Below, piece by piece: positions 1 through 14,894 of a stretch of 64,000 bases of DNA; position 1 is the stretch's first letter, and each line of letters opens with the position of its first letter. The DNA comes from Eledone cirrhosa (lineage: Eukaryota): contig OZ024743.1 in NCBI GenBank assembly GCA_964016885.1, positions 314,092,001-314,156,000 on the forward strand, written 5' to 3'. A model generated the notes under the pieces. It ran no database searches. It worked only from the letters and a program-made list of their open reading frames with translations, and was not told the DNA's origin. Made by a program: the position numbers and the translations under genes.

Positions 1-137
1 GTACAGTGCCTGGCATGTTTTACCGAATTTATGTTAGCGGCTTCTGAATAATTCATTTTTCTTGTTAATTAAATTGTCATAATTTGTAATTATCAATAGA
101 GTCTCAAGATTGCAAAGATTGCAATTTAGCGAAATGG

Positions 138-991
138 ATGCGTTCTGATAGGAATTGGCATTCTAATAATAAAATTGACTATTATAACAGCAACTTGAGG
201 AATAAATCGGGGAAAAAAATGAGAATTAGATCTATAATTTGGTATGTTCCGCCAGTATCTTTAGCTATTAAAACACATTTAGCACACTTATTTTTTAAAG
301 CCTTGGATAAATGTTTCCCTAGATCACATACATATTACTCTATCTTCAATCGACACGCAGTTAAACTCTCTCATTCAACAACTATGAATATTGCTCAAAA
401 TATATCAAAAATAAATAATAAAAATCTTAATTTGAACCTACATATAAATAGCGATAATAACAATAATAATAATAATACATTAGTTATTGGGAATAACAAT
501 AATAATAGTTTAAATATGAATAATAGTAGAACACCTTTAAATAATAATAACAATATGAATAGTTTAGGTTATAGAAATAACATCGAGAAGAAATGAAACT
601 GTAGAAAGAAGTCAGAATGTCACTTACAAAATAACTGCCTTGACAAGAATCTACTTTATAAATGTACCATTAAGACAAATGATAATATATATAACTACAT
701 TGGTGCCACTTCATCTAAACTTAAGGTTCGTTGGTACAATCATAAACATTCATTTTCTAAACGAGATAACAATTTTCAACTTCACTCTCACAATTAATAT
801 GGTCTTTGAAGGACAAGAATATTAAATACTCCATCTCTTGGACTCGGTTAAAGAATGCCAATTCCTCTCGGAAAGCATCCATTTCGCTAAATTGCAATCT
901 TTGCAATCTTTGCAATCTTGAGATTCTCTTGATAATAATTACAAATTATTACAATTTAATTAACAAGAAAAATGAATTATTCAGAAGCTGA
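138..991 (+). pseudogene. Penelope-like element C-terminal remnant (RT thumb + GIY-YIG endonuclease)
   Basis: IIWYVPP...KCFPRSHTYYSIFNRHAVKLS, then a TGA, then NCRKKSECHLQNNC...LLYKC...YIGATSSKLKVRWYNHKHSF. After a frameshift near 775: WSLKDKNIKYSISW...CNLCNLE...LINKKNELF. Same motifs as the other PLE copies in the window. Confidence 0.88.
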
Positions 992-1208
992 GAATTATTC
1001 AGCACTGAGAGCCGGAACGAACATCAAATTCTCTCTGATATTCTAAGGGATCTGTCAGTTCCCAGCCTGAACAGTAACAAAGATAAAGACTATAAATGAA
1101 CAACAGTATCATACATTGATATTATGTTAGTAGCAGAATCAAAAAATACTATCGTGACTAAACAAACTTAGTTGTTGCTGTTATATGTAATATATGTATA
1201 ATTGAGAT

Positions 1209-1315
1209 ATTCAGCTGCCACTTCTTGACAATTTAACAATTGGTGAAGATGTAATATATACATATAATATTACATCTTCACCAATTGTTAAATTGTCAAG
1301 AAGTAGCAGCTGAAT
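1209..1315. repeat. Near-perfect inverted repeat (49-bp arms, 9-bp spacer)
   Basis: attcagctgc...gatgtaatat (1209-1257) is the reverse complement of 1267-1315 with one mismatch. Confidence 0.9.
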
Positions 1316-3566
1316 TCCTCACAAAGCACACTACCGTTCCAAAATATAGAAAGAACACATATCATAACTAAAGTAATCCAACAGATTTTTAAAATTACAG
1401 GTTGGTCACATTTGGAATAATTTGATCATACGTCGTCTTACTCATAGTTCACCCAGGACAGACATAAAATAACAATAACAAAATCAACGTTCGTAGCTTT
1501 CTTCGAAATGGCTTCGGAAGCATTTAGTCGTCGAATTAATAAACAGCAACGAGGACATAAGCATCGCTGAATGGGTACGAATTTCACCATACAATGAAGT
1601 CTAGAATTCTATCCAAACTTTTCATATTTTCTGCAAATTTATTTACCATAACCTTGGCTAGCCCCAAGCATTTTGAAGGAAATGTGGATGACTGAAATTG
1701 TGTGGAAGCCTGTCGTATACACTGTACCAGTAATTCACATGTCCAGTCTTGTCTCACATTGTGTCACTCTGAGTCGGCCTGAGAATGATGTTAATGCTAC
1801 ACGTGTCTGTGGAATACACAACTAACACCTTAATTTCCATGTCGGACGTTCTGTTGAAGGAACGACTACATGTCCATCGTTGAATTCGACGGAGGATCCA
1901 TCAAATTCAAACGCTCTTCGAAATTCTGTTTTCGGAATTCATATAATGTGATACAATTTTTGTCTTTGCCAATAGTTCATTTCCATTTTAAGTTTCAATT
2001 CATTACAGTAAATAATTTATTATATGTAAATGTACCTGGCAACATACTGTGATTGGTTCATTCAATTGAGCATAGTATCATTGTTGTTCGATAGATCATT
2101 GTAAATATTTGCAGTACAATAAAGAAAAATCTTCAATATTTAATGCGACGCAGTCACAGTTTTTTTTTTTAATCTTCAAGAAAGCTTTCTAATCTAAGAG
2201 TCAAAGAAGCTCAAATAGATACTTTAGACCACAGCGCTGAACACCGGACATATGTTTTTGAGAATTGTCAACTTCTGCGGTTGTTCAATTGGAAGTGTTT
2301 TGGGATTTATATGTCCATCAATACATGATGTGTTGTTTGTATGTCTGTTTTCCCACATCTATAATGTTATAGATCATGCTATTGGAAGTTCGTTTCACTG
2401 ACGTCAATGCATTATATCCATAACATTATATATTACATTACATATAAGCACTCTGAAATACAAATACTGGAGAAACAATATGGTATTTTGTGTTATCATT
2501 GTTAAATCCTGGAGACAATCACTGAAAAAGCGACGGCAGTTCTTTTAAAGCAATTCCATCTTTTAAATTCTTAGTTGATCATTTTATTTCATTATTTGTA
2601 TTTTTCTTGCTATTGATATCTCTTGTTGATAAATGAATTCATAAACGACAACAGAGACAACAAAGTTAATACGCAATTTTTGATCAGAAATGCACAAATA
2701 TATAGAAAAAAAAATTATAAGAAAAATCACATATTTTTTGGAAATCATGAGAAAACTCATAAGTATTTATGAATATTTTATTTGCCTGTTTGGAAATACC
2801 TTCATTAAAGATGAGAATAAAGAGAATATTTATCCATTTAATGTGATGGACATAAAACGTAGCTTTAAATTGCTGTTGAAATTCCAAATTATTATCAATA
2901 TTCTATTTTCATTATGACAAACATGGGACTACTGAAAATATATGACAGCTCGTAGATATTTAAAATAGTCTGTGATATATAAAGCAATTTATGCATTTAT
3001 ATAGAAGCTATAAACATTCTAATCACGTTGCTGCTGCATAGAAATATCTATGAATATCGTTTTTAGGTTTTTCATAATTTCGTTGAGTCAGTTATAACCG
3101 CGTATTCTCTATTTTCTATATACATGGTGGATGCCAACTCGTTTTCGAGTACGGCCACTACTTTATATCCATGTAGGAGAACCCCTACCGATGCGTTGAA
3201 CGAGTGTGACTTTTTAGTCCAGCCAGCGACTTGAAAACTCTGGTACAAACACTACACTTGTGACAATTATTGACACATAGTGCTGGACCCATGGTACCAT
3301 GTGACGACAAGTGCAGAGAGATCTCCAGATATAAAGCAATGCCTGTGCCGTGAAGCTTTTATAGTGAGCAAAGGCACTGCACAAAGTCAGTCCCACTCTC
3401 TTAACCAAGATGATATTTACCAAAAAGAAGAACAAGTCAACATCATTGGATACCATCAGGGTTGCAGGTGTTATATCAGAGTTTTCCTTCTCCTAGAATT
3501 CTGCCATGACAAAGGCTAAGGGGCCAGCTCTTCTGGTGATTTTGGATGGCCATTGACTCTTAAGAG

Positions 3567-3639
3567 CATACATACATACATACATACATACATACATACA
3601 TACATACATACATACATACATACATACATACATACATAC
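3567..3639. repeat. (CATA)n microsatellite
   Basis: Direct reading. Confidence 0.95.
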
Positions 3640-4379
3640 AGAGAGAGACATAGACAGACAGACCAACTTATAGGTGTATACACCGACAGTAGATTACGAA
3701 GGGGAAGACGTAGATATGTACAAAACATTCACGAAAGCAATATATGATGACAAACCCAAATATATAGCAATGGTAGAGATAGAAATGAGGTAATGAATAC
3801 AGCATTGGGAGAGAAGAATGATAGAAGAGAGTTGTTAGCAATCTTAGTGATAGAGAGCACATTTTAGTAGTTTTTGTTATTAAAGAAACTCTCTCTATAT
3901 ATTTTGAGGACGCGAAGAATGGTTATTGGATAAACACTAAAACCAAACATTTGACGGGATTTATCTTACATATTCAAAGGGGCAAAATTCAAGATTATGC
4001 TGTCATAAAAAGAGAAGTCATATCTAACTATAGAATGATAATAAATGTTAAGCTAAAACAAAATGAATCAAAACTATCTGTAAGTAGTAGATATATATAT
4101 TAAGTTATAGATTAAGTCAGCAAATATTTTGGCATCAGCTGTTTGTTTTCCATTTAAAAGGCTTGGTGTAGTTATTACTTTAAAGTATGAATCCTGGAAT
4201 ATTCATGATTCACCTCTTAATTATAAAATCTCTTAAAATTGTAAATTTATTAGCATAATTTACAAAAGCCTGTTGGAAACATTTTGTACATAATTTCAGT
4301 TATTGTGCAAAAAACATTGGTTAAGTTAGATTGTAAAACAACAAGACCTAATAGATCTTAATATTATTTTGATTGAAAA

Positions 4380-4650
4380 GGGTGGTGAATTGGCAGAATC
4401 ACTAGATCATAAAGGCATATGATTTATTATATTTAAATATGGCTCTTTTTGTTCATACTCGGCCGGAGTCAACTTTCCCTTTCATTCTTTTGAATCGATA
4501 AAATATATTAAGAGTCAAACAAAAATAAAATAATAGTTAAATAGAGTGTCGGATGAAAGGCTTTGCTACATAGATATGTCCCTGTGCGTTTTCATTTGAC
4601 CAAGATCAACTTTGCCTTTCATGCTTTCGAGATCAAGCACTGGGTCCGAG
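4380..4650 (+). mobile_element. Two degenerate tRNA-derived SINE copies
   Basis: tggcagaatc A-box-like motif and two instances of (g)tcaactttNcctttcat, matching the SINE at 21662-21844. Confidence 0.55.
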
Positions 4651-5441
4651 TTTATCAAATATATCTTCCACAAATCCTCTGAACACTATACACAATAATT
4701 CCCCTTCACCGGTTAATTCTTTGGAATTGTTGTTCAAAACATTTAATAAATTTGAAATAGATTTTTCTAAAGAGTCTCCATTGCAGAAAATGTTCTTCAG
4801 TTATAGAGATTACATTTTTATCTCCAAATTACATTTATATCGCCAAATGAAGTACATCAACATACACATGCACCCCACCCGCTGCTCACACACATAAAGA
4901 CATAGACACACTTCCGCCCTCACATATGTAAATGTATCTATAAATGAAAATCCCCCTATTATATCATATAATTGTTAGAAAAGGTCATTTGTGAAATGTA
5001 TTGTTGGTACAACAAGTATATTTTTACTTTAAATACCTCTCTTGAGTCGGGAAATTGTAAATGTTTTGGCATCGAATAGTCTTCCATTTAAAAATCGGAA
5101 ACTAACTTGGTATAGTTATTAATTTAGCGTATCAATTTTAGAGTATTCATGATTCGATTTCTTAATTACGTAGTCTCTTAAAACTAATTGGAGACACTTG
5201 TTACAAGTGGTCTCCAGCCAATATCCGAACGTTTCCATTCAAACACGGTTATTATGTCTGCAAGCAACTGAAAAACAATAACATTTTATATGCTTGCTTT
5301 TCATTGATTTCACAATTTGGTCTGCAATGAAGTGAACTAATAAAGTATTTAAAAAAGTTGCAGTGTCATTCGGGTTAGACACACAAAAATTACCGGTGCT
5401 ATCTCACCATTTATAGATAGTAACGCATTTGATTAGATAGG

Positions 5442-5489
<48 letters not shown>

Positions 5490-5496
5490 AAGTATG

Positions 5497-5592
5497 ACCC
5501 CGACGACAGAGCTCAAGCCGTTTCAATGGCTATTTCTGAACTAAATTAGAATTTTTAATCTGGTAAATAAATAGTCGAACTTTTCAAGGGGT
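5497..5592 (-). ncRNA. Type I hammerhead ribozyme, U3-A8 core variant
   Basis: Minus strand: ACCCC-TTGAAAA-[long stem II]-GAAA-CGGC ttgagctct GTCG-TC-GGGGT. Cleavage triplet GUC. Confidence 0.7.
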
Positions 5593-6395
5593 ACTTCCTT
5601 ATATGGGAAGATTGTAGTTGTCAAGAGGATTGGTCAAAATGTGTTGTAAACACAAATAAGTCTATCATGGCAGTGGGTGGAGGGTGGGAGTGGCTGAACT
5701 TGCCTGTAGAAGAATGAGGGAGTGGGTGGAGCCGGTCAAGCGTTGAAAGTGAAATCTATACGGCAAATTGTAAGGATTGTGTATGAAAGTAGGCCAGAGG
5801 AGGTAGGCGAAAAAAGGTTTCTGGAGAAAATAGAGGCGGGACGTTATAGAATGGGTAAATCTATTGAGATTAGGAGACAATAAAAAAAAAAAAAAAAATA
5901 AGGGAAAGGTGTATAAAAATATAAAATTGGATAGTGAGGAGTGATAAAAACAAAAACTATAGAGTGTAAAACAGCTGCTATATTTAGTTGGTGTTGCTTT
6001 TTCGGGCAATGCTATAGAATGAGTTGAGAATAGACGATACTAAATAAGAATTATTGAAATTGTAGAATTGGGTAGTAAAAGGTAATACAAAATCTCTGGG
6101 GTCTAACACAGCTATGATTAGTTAGTATAGCGTATTCGGCCAATGCTATATTTAAGTTACTGGGGTGGAGGTACTGAGGCTACAGAGGCCCGATGTGTTG
6201 CCCCGGGGTAGGCGAAAGGGGATAAAAAAGAACGAAGAAGAAGATCGGTGGTAGAAGGAGGTGATAGGAGGAAACAAAGGAAAGAAGAAAACATAGATGA
6301 AAAGAAAAGAGGTACATCTACCTATGTAAGCTGGGGTTTCCCCTATCTTATTCGGCAAGTGGGGTGTTTGAGCCCTTCTCTACTCAAACGGATCG

Positions 6396-6765
6396 TTAGG
6401 GGGTTTGAGGGCGAGGTAAGTCTAACGCAATCTGTGTTTGCATGCAGTTACCAGTTCGTCTTTTTTGTTTAGGAGTTGATCCTTCGTAAAACATCATTTG
6501 TAATGTTTCCTCCGAGCATAAGTTACACGGACGGCGTCCTTCCGTGGAAGAGTTAGGTCCGGACAGTAAGCTCCAAGTAAGATTGTGAGATATATTATTA
6601 ACTTGGAGGTCCCAGATGTGGCCCGAAAGTGTAGTGGCATGTCGCCGGACCGGGTTTCGGAACGTATGTCGGTGTTGGTTGAGCCGGGTCTTCAAGTCCC
6701 AATCGGTTAATACTAAATAAGCTTTCTTAGAGGTGTCCGTCCTCACGTTGCACTGGTAGATCACG

Positions 6766-6767
<2 letters not shown>
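6396..6767 (-). pseudogene. PLE GIY-YIG endonuclease remnant
   Basis: VIYQCNV...AYLVLT..DLKTRLNQHRHTF...TTLSGHIWDL...LTW...CNLCSEE. Confidence 0.85.
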
Positions 6768-6804
<37 letters not shown>

Positions 6805-6878
6805 CTTAACAATAGTTATACACACACACGCACACACACACGCACACACACACATACACACACATATATATGTATCTA

Positions 6879-7950
<1,072 letters not shown>

Positions 7951-8002
7951 TCGGTTTCAACACACGTTTTCAGATAAAGAATCTTGCTAAACAAATTCAG
8001 AA

Positions 8003-8040
<38 letters not shown>

Positions 8041-8555
8041 GCAAATGCTGTTGCAGTGTTGCAGACGAAGATGAACAATGATTTGTGAGGAGACGACTGT
8101 CAATAATACTATAACAACCATATACTGGTAAAGGAGGAGGAGGAGGAGGCGGAGGAGGAGGAGGAGGAGAAGGGGGAGGCGGACTACATGCAGAATTCGT
8201 TCCTACAACGATGTCTTGTTATTTTAGACATTTGGCGGTAGTGACGTGGGACAGGGAACAGACCCACACCTCTGCCGTATGATTAGGCGACCTACAGAGG
8301 GCGACTGGCATAGAAACAGTGCCAACACATCCTGCCTTCCCATGTATCATGAAACGGAAACAAATTTGTGGGGAAATCTTTTGAATTTTTAATATTATTA
8401 AGACTTGTGAAATTATTTTAAACATTTTTCATACAATCTGATAAACTTAGACTATCGGAATGGTACGAAGAAACTTTGTAGCCGTGAACCACACTGAAAT
8501 ATGTATTATGGAGATAAAAATAAACCTAAATACAGCTGTATATGCCTTTGATCTA

Positions 8556-9435
<880 letters not shown>

Positions 9436-9619
9436 AATAAATATACGAACGAAAGACACAGAACTTCAGGGTCATCTACTGTTGAGGTGAACTTTTGCAG
9501 TATCGACCACTACCAACGGGGTCACAGCCTCTGAAACAAGTCAAGGCGCTATCCTATGGAGTAAGAGATCAGACAAACAGTAATGTTAGCAATTAAGCTA
9601 TGACAAATACACACAGAAC

Positions 9620-9650
9620 ATCCCCTGACGACAAGGAAAAGTATTGTGAT
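9620..9650 (+). ncRNA. Possible minimal hammerhead (no stem II)
   Basis: atccc-CTGACGA-caag-GAAA-agta-TT-gtgat. Stem I has one mismatch and stem III is weak. Confidence 0.4.
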
Positions 9651-9740
9651 AGTAACATGAAACTCTCGTGGGTGAAAAGAAGGAAAAAAAAAAAGAAATG
9701 GAAAGGGAAAGAGGGGAAGAAGAATAATGGCAATAATAAA

Positions 9741-9778
<38 letters not shown>

Positions 9779-9781
<3 letters not shown>

Positions 9782-11400
9782 AGAGAAAACACAGGTAAGC
9801 ATTAAAAAAAGAATTTATCCAGGTATTTACGACCGTTTCATTGGTAAGTGCAACCTTATATTGCTATACTGCAAATAGCAGCCACTCAATAATAATTGTT
9901 GTTCACAGATTTAACACCTCTATTAGTACTAACCTACTGTCTACCTTCTTTAGAATAATAAATAAGCACTTTCCAGATTCACATAGATACAGCAAAATCC
10001 TTAACACTAAATCTATTAGACTATCTTACTCCACTGCACCAAACATAGAGGCACACATCAAGATGCTTAACGCTAATAAGATACTTAACAACACCGGAAC
10101 ACAAATTTATAACAATAACAATACAATTACCATTGAACACAACATAATATCTAATACACAACCACCCACTAATAGGCAAACAAGACGTAACACACTTGTA
10201 CAGGCATAGCAGCACACCAATAATGCCAAAGTTGCCCATGACAAGAATTGTAATTGCCACTTTCCTGAAACTTATCCATTACATAATGAATATATGCAGT
10301 CTAACCTGGTTTACCAATGCACAGTGGAATCAGACAACCAGAAATGGTATTACATCGGAGCGACTGAGAATACATTTAAAGTTCGTTGGTATACACACAG
10401 TTACGCAATGAAACATTCCCAGCATCGTTATGTAACTACCCTTGCAAACAAGACCTGGCAACTGAGGGAAAGTAACCATCAATACACCCTGAAGTGGAGA
10501 ACATTATCGAACGCGCCCCCATATCGGAGTAGTATGAGAAGCTGTCGGTTATGTGACCTTGAGTTGTTCCACATTTTGAGTTCGAAGAATATGTTACTCA
10601 ACAATAAAATCGAAAGATCAATTTATTGTAACCATAGACTCAAAGAAAAGTTTTCACACTACAAGTGCAAATCGAACCCTTAACCTCTTACTACCACCTG
10701 ACAAACTGCATATACTTAGACTTTCTACCCTCTTATTGTATCTAACCCCTTTAATTACCCACAAAAACCATCCTTCCCTCCTCCTTCATTCCTTTTCTAT
10801 TTCTTTCCATTTTTTTCCTTTCTTCTCTCCCTTTTTTGCTATCTTTTCTTTTCTTCTTTCTCTCCCCCCGCCTTCTTTATTTCTATTTTTATTTTATTTT
10901 TATATATATATTTATCTCTCTACCCGCCTCTCCATCCCTCCCACTATAAACAATTTAATTTTCTTTAAATCCCAACACTGTAAATCGACGACATGAAGCC
11001 TACCAATCAAAACTGATCGAGGAATCCTTCCACCTCTACCCATTCCTCCATCTCAGTTTGTCACTCTATTTCCTAATTCTTCTACCCCTTTCTCTCTCTC
11101 TATACTACTCTGTTTGTCAATTCACTTTCTAATTTCTCTTCCTCTCTCTCTATACTAGTAAATACAATTCCCAAAAAATGTTTTTTCTATATATTCAGAA
11201 CTTTTTAAGAGTAACTTATTCACTATTTTTAAAATTTAGACGTGAACAACAATTATTATTGAGTGGTTGCTATTTGCAGTATAGCAATATAAGGTTGCTG
11301 TTACCAATGAAACGGTCGTAAATACCTGGATAAAATACTTTTTTTAATGCTTACCTGTGTTTTCTCTTTTATCCTTTATACTCCAAGATTGAACGTGATT
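9779..11400 (+). mobile_element. PLE remnant with 5' inverted copy (about 125 bp) of its 3' end, in (TA)n
   Basis: 9783-9906 is the reverse complement of 11242-11367. Endonuclease-coding core lies between. (TA)n on both sides. Confidence 0.85.
9909..10683 (+). pseudogene. PLE thumb + GIY-YIG endonuclease, one in-frame stop (10207-10209)
   Basis: FNTSISTNL...KHFPDSHRYSKILN..SIRLSYS; NCNC; NLVYQC...YYIGATENTFKVRWYTH...CRLCDLE...CNHR. Confidence 0.9.
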
Positions 11401-11427
11401 CTTATATATATATATATATATATATAT

Positions 11428-11598
11428 AACGAAGGAAATGTGGTAAGGAACCAGGTGGACCATAACGCACCAAAGTACTCAATACTTGAGGTAGTAGAGT
11501 GGGTAATAGGAACCAGTAAGACCCCGACAGCTGAGCTCAAGCCGTTTCGAATTAGCCGTCGAAACGGCTTGAGCTCAGCTGTCGGGGTCTTACTGGTT

Positions 11599-11600
<2 letters not shown>
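11428..11600. mobile_element. Fold-back 3'-end fragment of the 5.5-kb/12.3-kb HHR family
   Basis: Inverted arms containing GAAACGGCTTGAGCTCAGCTGTCGGGGTC (3' half of the HHR). (TA)n on both sides. Related copy at 53889-54025. Confidence 0.75.
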
Positions 11601-11636
<36 letters not shown>

Positions 11637-11643
<7 letters not shown>

Positions 11644-12251
11644 TGCCCCCTCGTTATTGAGAATGGCCATTGGGCGATATACCATTATTAATAATTATTA
11701 ATTAATTCTATCGTGCAATGCCTGTGCGTGAAGTTGTTTTTTAAAGTGAGGAAAGACTGTGCACTGAGCCAATCTCACTCTCTGAGCGACAGTAGCTATA
11801 ACCCGAAAAGAAGAAAAGATCAACATCATCGGTAACTACTGAGCCGCAGGTTTTATATCGGAGTTATCCCAGTTAGCTGAGTTGCCTTCTCATAGAAGAA
11901 TGCCCTGACAAAGGCTAGGGGTCCTTCACTCCCAGTGGTTTAACCGCGTGATCGGGTGTCCAGCCCGACTATTTCTGTCCCCGCGCATATATATACACAT
12001 GCGCCCATGTATATACACATATACCTATACATACATATGTACATGTGTATATACATATTTACACATTTGGGACTCTTATGAGTTCTTCCGCCATTTGTCA
12101 GGTATTGTTTTTTGTCCTCCAGGGTGTCCAACATCACCCTCCTCACCAAGTAAACTTGGTGGGGTTGACGGTTTAGTCGCCGACGACCGGACCATGCAAC
12201 AGGTTGTTCTGGGTTACATGTTACCAGTACCACTCAATAGTGATCCGACAT
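11637..12251. repeat. Unclassified (TA)n-flanked interspersed repeat, second copy at 26085-26590
   Basis: Both copies start tgatggctgccccctcgtta directly after (TA)n and align over about 450 bp. Confidence 0.8.
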
Positions 12252-12309
12252 AATATATATATATATATATATTTATATATACATACATATATATATAGGA
12301 AAATGTTAG

Positions 12310-12405
12310 ACCCCGATGGCAGTGCTCAAGCCGTTTCGACGTCTATTTCTGGACTAAATTAGAATTTTTAGCGTGGTAAATAAATAGCAAAACTTTTCAA
12401 TGGGT
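12310..12405 (-). ncRNA. Hammerhead, U3-A8 variant (second copy), within short insertion 12297-12466
   Basis: ACCCa-TTGAAAA-[stem II]-GAAA-CGGC...GCCa-TC-GGGGT. Confidence 0.6.
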
Positions 12406-13107
12406 AATTCCTTATATAGGAAGATTGCAGTTGTCCATCTGGTTCCTTACCACACCTCCTTCATTATATACACACACACGCGCACGCACGCACACACACA
12501 CATACACACAGACACACACACACAAACACACACAAACACGCACACACACACACGACCACACACACACGTGCTTTAGTATTTATGTATATAAACATAATAG
12601 AAATACACACACACACACATATATATATATAGGTTGATGTATCTATATATGTACGTCTGTGTACTGAAAAGTAAACAGATTTGATGGTATAATTGAATGA
12701 ATATGTTGGCACATTAGTTTTCATTGTTCATATTTATCTTTGCAGTATATCTGCCCACTTGTTTAGATAGTGTAATTAGTTAGTTATGATTATGCTGAAG
12801 TGGTTTCATAAGTCCTCTTAGGACTTTGTTGTTTTTCTATATTTATTATGTATAATTATATCGATTGTTTAATAAATACTTATGTGTATACAAGTGAACA
12901 GGAATTTCTATACACTCTTATTAATTTCATGTTTCCAGCCAGTGTGATCTGCGTATACCCGGCTACCTAAATAAAAATCTAGACTTCGCAGAATTTATAT
13001 TGGTCTTATTGATATATAATCTTTGCCTAATCTATCTAGAAACGAGCTTGGTTTTGTTGTTGTTATTTAGTCCTTTCTATAAAAAGATAGTTATTATTAA
13101 TATAATG

Positions 13108-13322
13108 GTTTCTTACATAGGCACAAGACTAACGATTTAGCGTGAGGGGAAAGTCGATTAAATCGACCCCAGTGCGTGACAGATGGCTTATTTTATCGAC
13201 CCCGTAAGGATGAAAGGCAAAGTTAACCCCGTCGGGATTTGAACTCAGATCATAAAGGGCCGTTACTCTATGCTGCAAAGCATGTTGTACGACGCCCTAC
13301 CGATACCGCCAATTTGTGTCCC
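13108..13322 (-). mobile_element. tRNA-derived SINE with 20-bp TSD
   Basis: B-box gagttcaaatccc on the minus strand. TSD tagttattattaatataatg at 13088-13107 and 13323-13342. Confidence 0.9.
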
Positions 13323-13902
13323 TAGTTATTATTAATATAATGAAATAGTTATTTAGTCCTTTCTTAGTCTATCCAGAAACCGCTACGCTATTGTTACTGT
13401 TTAATTTCTGTCCTCTCAGTCATAGTAGTGCAGATGTCAGGACGAAATGTTTTTCCAGCTGTGACTATTTTAGACTAAATTTTTTATTACTCATTTTAAA
13501 GAGGATATGTTGTGATTTGAATGAATTTGGTTGATATTTCATGCAGGCTAGAGACCATGTTCAGGTACATATTGTTGGCTTGCTCTTAATGGAAACTTCA
13601 TAGTTCAGTTATATCTGGTGTTTGGGATGTTGCTATATATAATTAGGTGTTTTGCCCATCACAATAAAATGGTTTTAATTAATTACTAATACAGCATAAA
13701 CCCCCACCCACCGGTATACTGATTTTACTAAACCAACGCCCTTCTTCCTGATCTGCACCGGTCCACTGGTTTTGCCAATCTGTCGAATATAATATAAACA
13801 GTATAAATTACTTTGATGATACAGATAGGATGACATAATTGTTATTTAGTTTTGTATTGAATGTTTTTTATTGAATGTCCTGATGTGGTTTGTTAGATTT
13901 AA

Positions 13903-14124
13903 CCCTTTAGCATTTAAACCGGCCATATCCGGTCAGAATTCTCTCACCTCTTTCTGTTAAAACTGGTTTTAACCTCCTGCTCATACTTATGTTAAGATAT
14001 TGATCTCAAAATAAATAATATCGAAATCTCGTAGAAATCGATATTATGTGAAATAATTGTGTAAGATAAAGCCTTTACCACAGAAATACAATAGTATATA
14101 TAGAGTAATGTAAATGCTAAAGGG
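13903..14124. mobile_element. piggyBac-type MITE
   Basis: TTAA|ccctttagcattta ... taaatgctaaaggg|TTAA: 14-bp TIR and TTAA TSD. Confidence 0.85.
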
Positions 14125-14715
14125 TTAAAGCTTCTCGAAATTTAGCTATTTTGTAATTGATCGATAGATAATTTGTGAAAAAGGAAAGAGGTCATTGCTA
14201 TCTATAGACACATGCATCTTCATATATAATGCATATTCTATATTGTTTGTTGCATGTCAATCGGTTCTGACGACGAATATTTGTGTTGTTTGAACAGGTG
14301 AACAAACTGCGCATAAAATTACATCCACGTGGCTGATCATTCCAGCGATAATTATAAACTTAACGTAGATCTCCAAGAGATCCAATGGCAGTATGGCAAG
14401 AGTGACTCTTTGAAGTACAGTTACAACTTATTTATGCCAGCCAAGAGAAATGGAGCTATGTGAAAAGAGTGTATTGCTCACGTTTACAATACAATGCTTG
14501 AAACCGATCACAGGTTCCTGTGATCGTGATCCGAATATGCTAAACACAAAGCTATGCTCCTTCAGACCTCTATTATATTCTAGAATAGATAAACATTATT
14601 TCCAGTTGATTAATATTAAAAAGAATTAGAACTAGTCTGTATTAACGTAGAAAACCTATTGCGTTTTTCAATATGTTTAATTATATATAATTTTAAAAGC
14701 GCTTTCTTTAATAAT

Positions 14716-14894
14716 TGTTTTTACTTTTGGCACAAGGCCAGCAAATACTCAGTGCATTACTGGTACTTTATTTTATCGACCCCGTAAGGATGAATGGCAA
14801 AGTTGACCATGGCGGGATTTCAACTCAGAATGGCAAGGGCCATTCTGAGTTAAAATCCCGCTGGGGTTAACTTTGCCTTTCATCCTTACGGGGT
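14716..14894 (-). mobile_element. SINE with 5' inversion and TSD
   Basis: Minus-strand SINE 3' part followed by an inverted segment (about 14843-14896). TSD cgctttctttaataat on both sides. Confidence 0.8.

Larger units (their letters stand above)
5485..6768 (-). mobile_element. 5'-truncated PLE (GIY-YIG + 3' UTR + hammerhead) bracketed by (TA)n
   Basis: Endonuclease remnant at 6396-6767, pyrimidine-rich UTR, HHR near the 3' end. (TA)n on both sides. Confidence 0.85.

Noticed and set aside
11242-11330. GAAACGGTCGTAAATA, an HHR-like 3' half
   Set aside because: No acceptable CUGANGA-type core with a matching stem I could be placed upstream.
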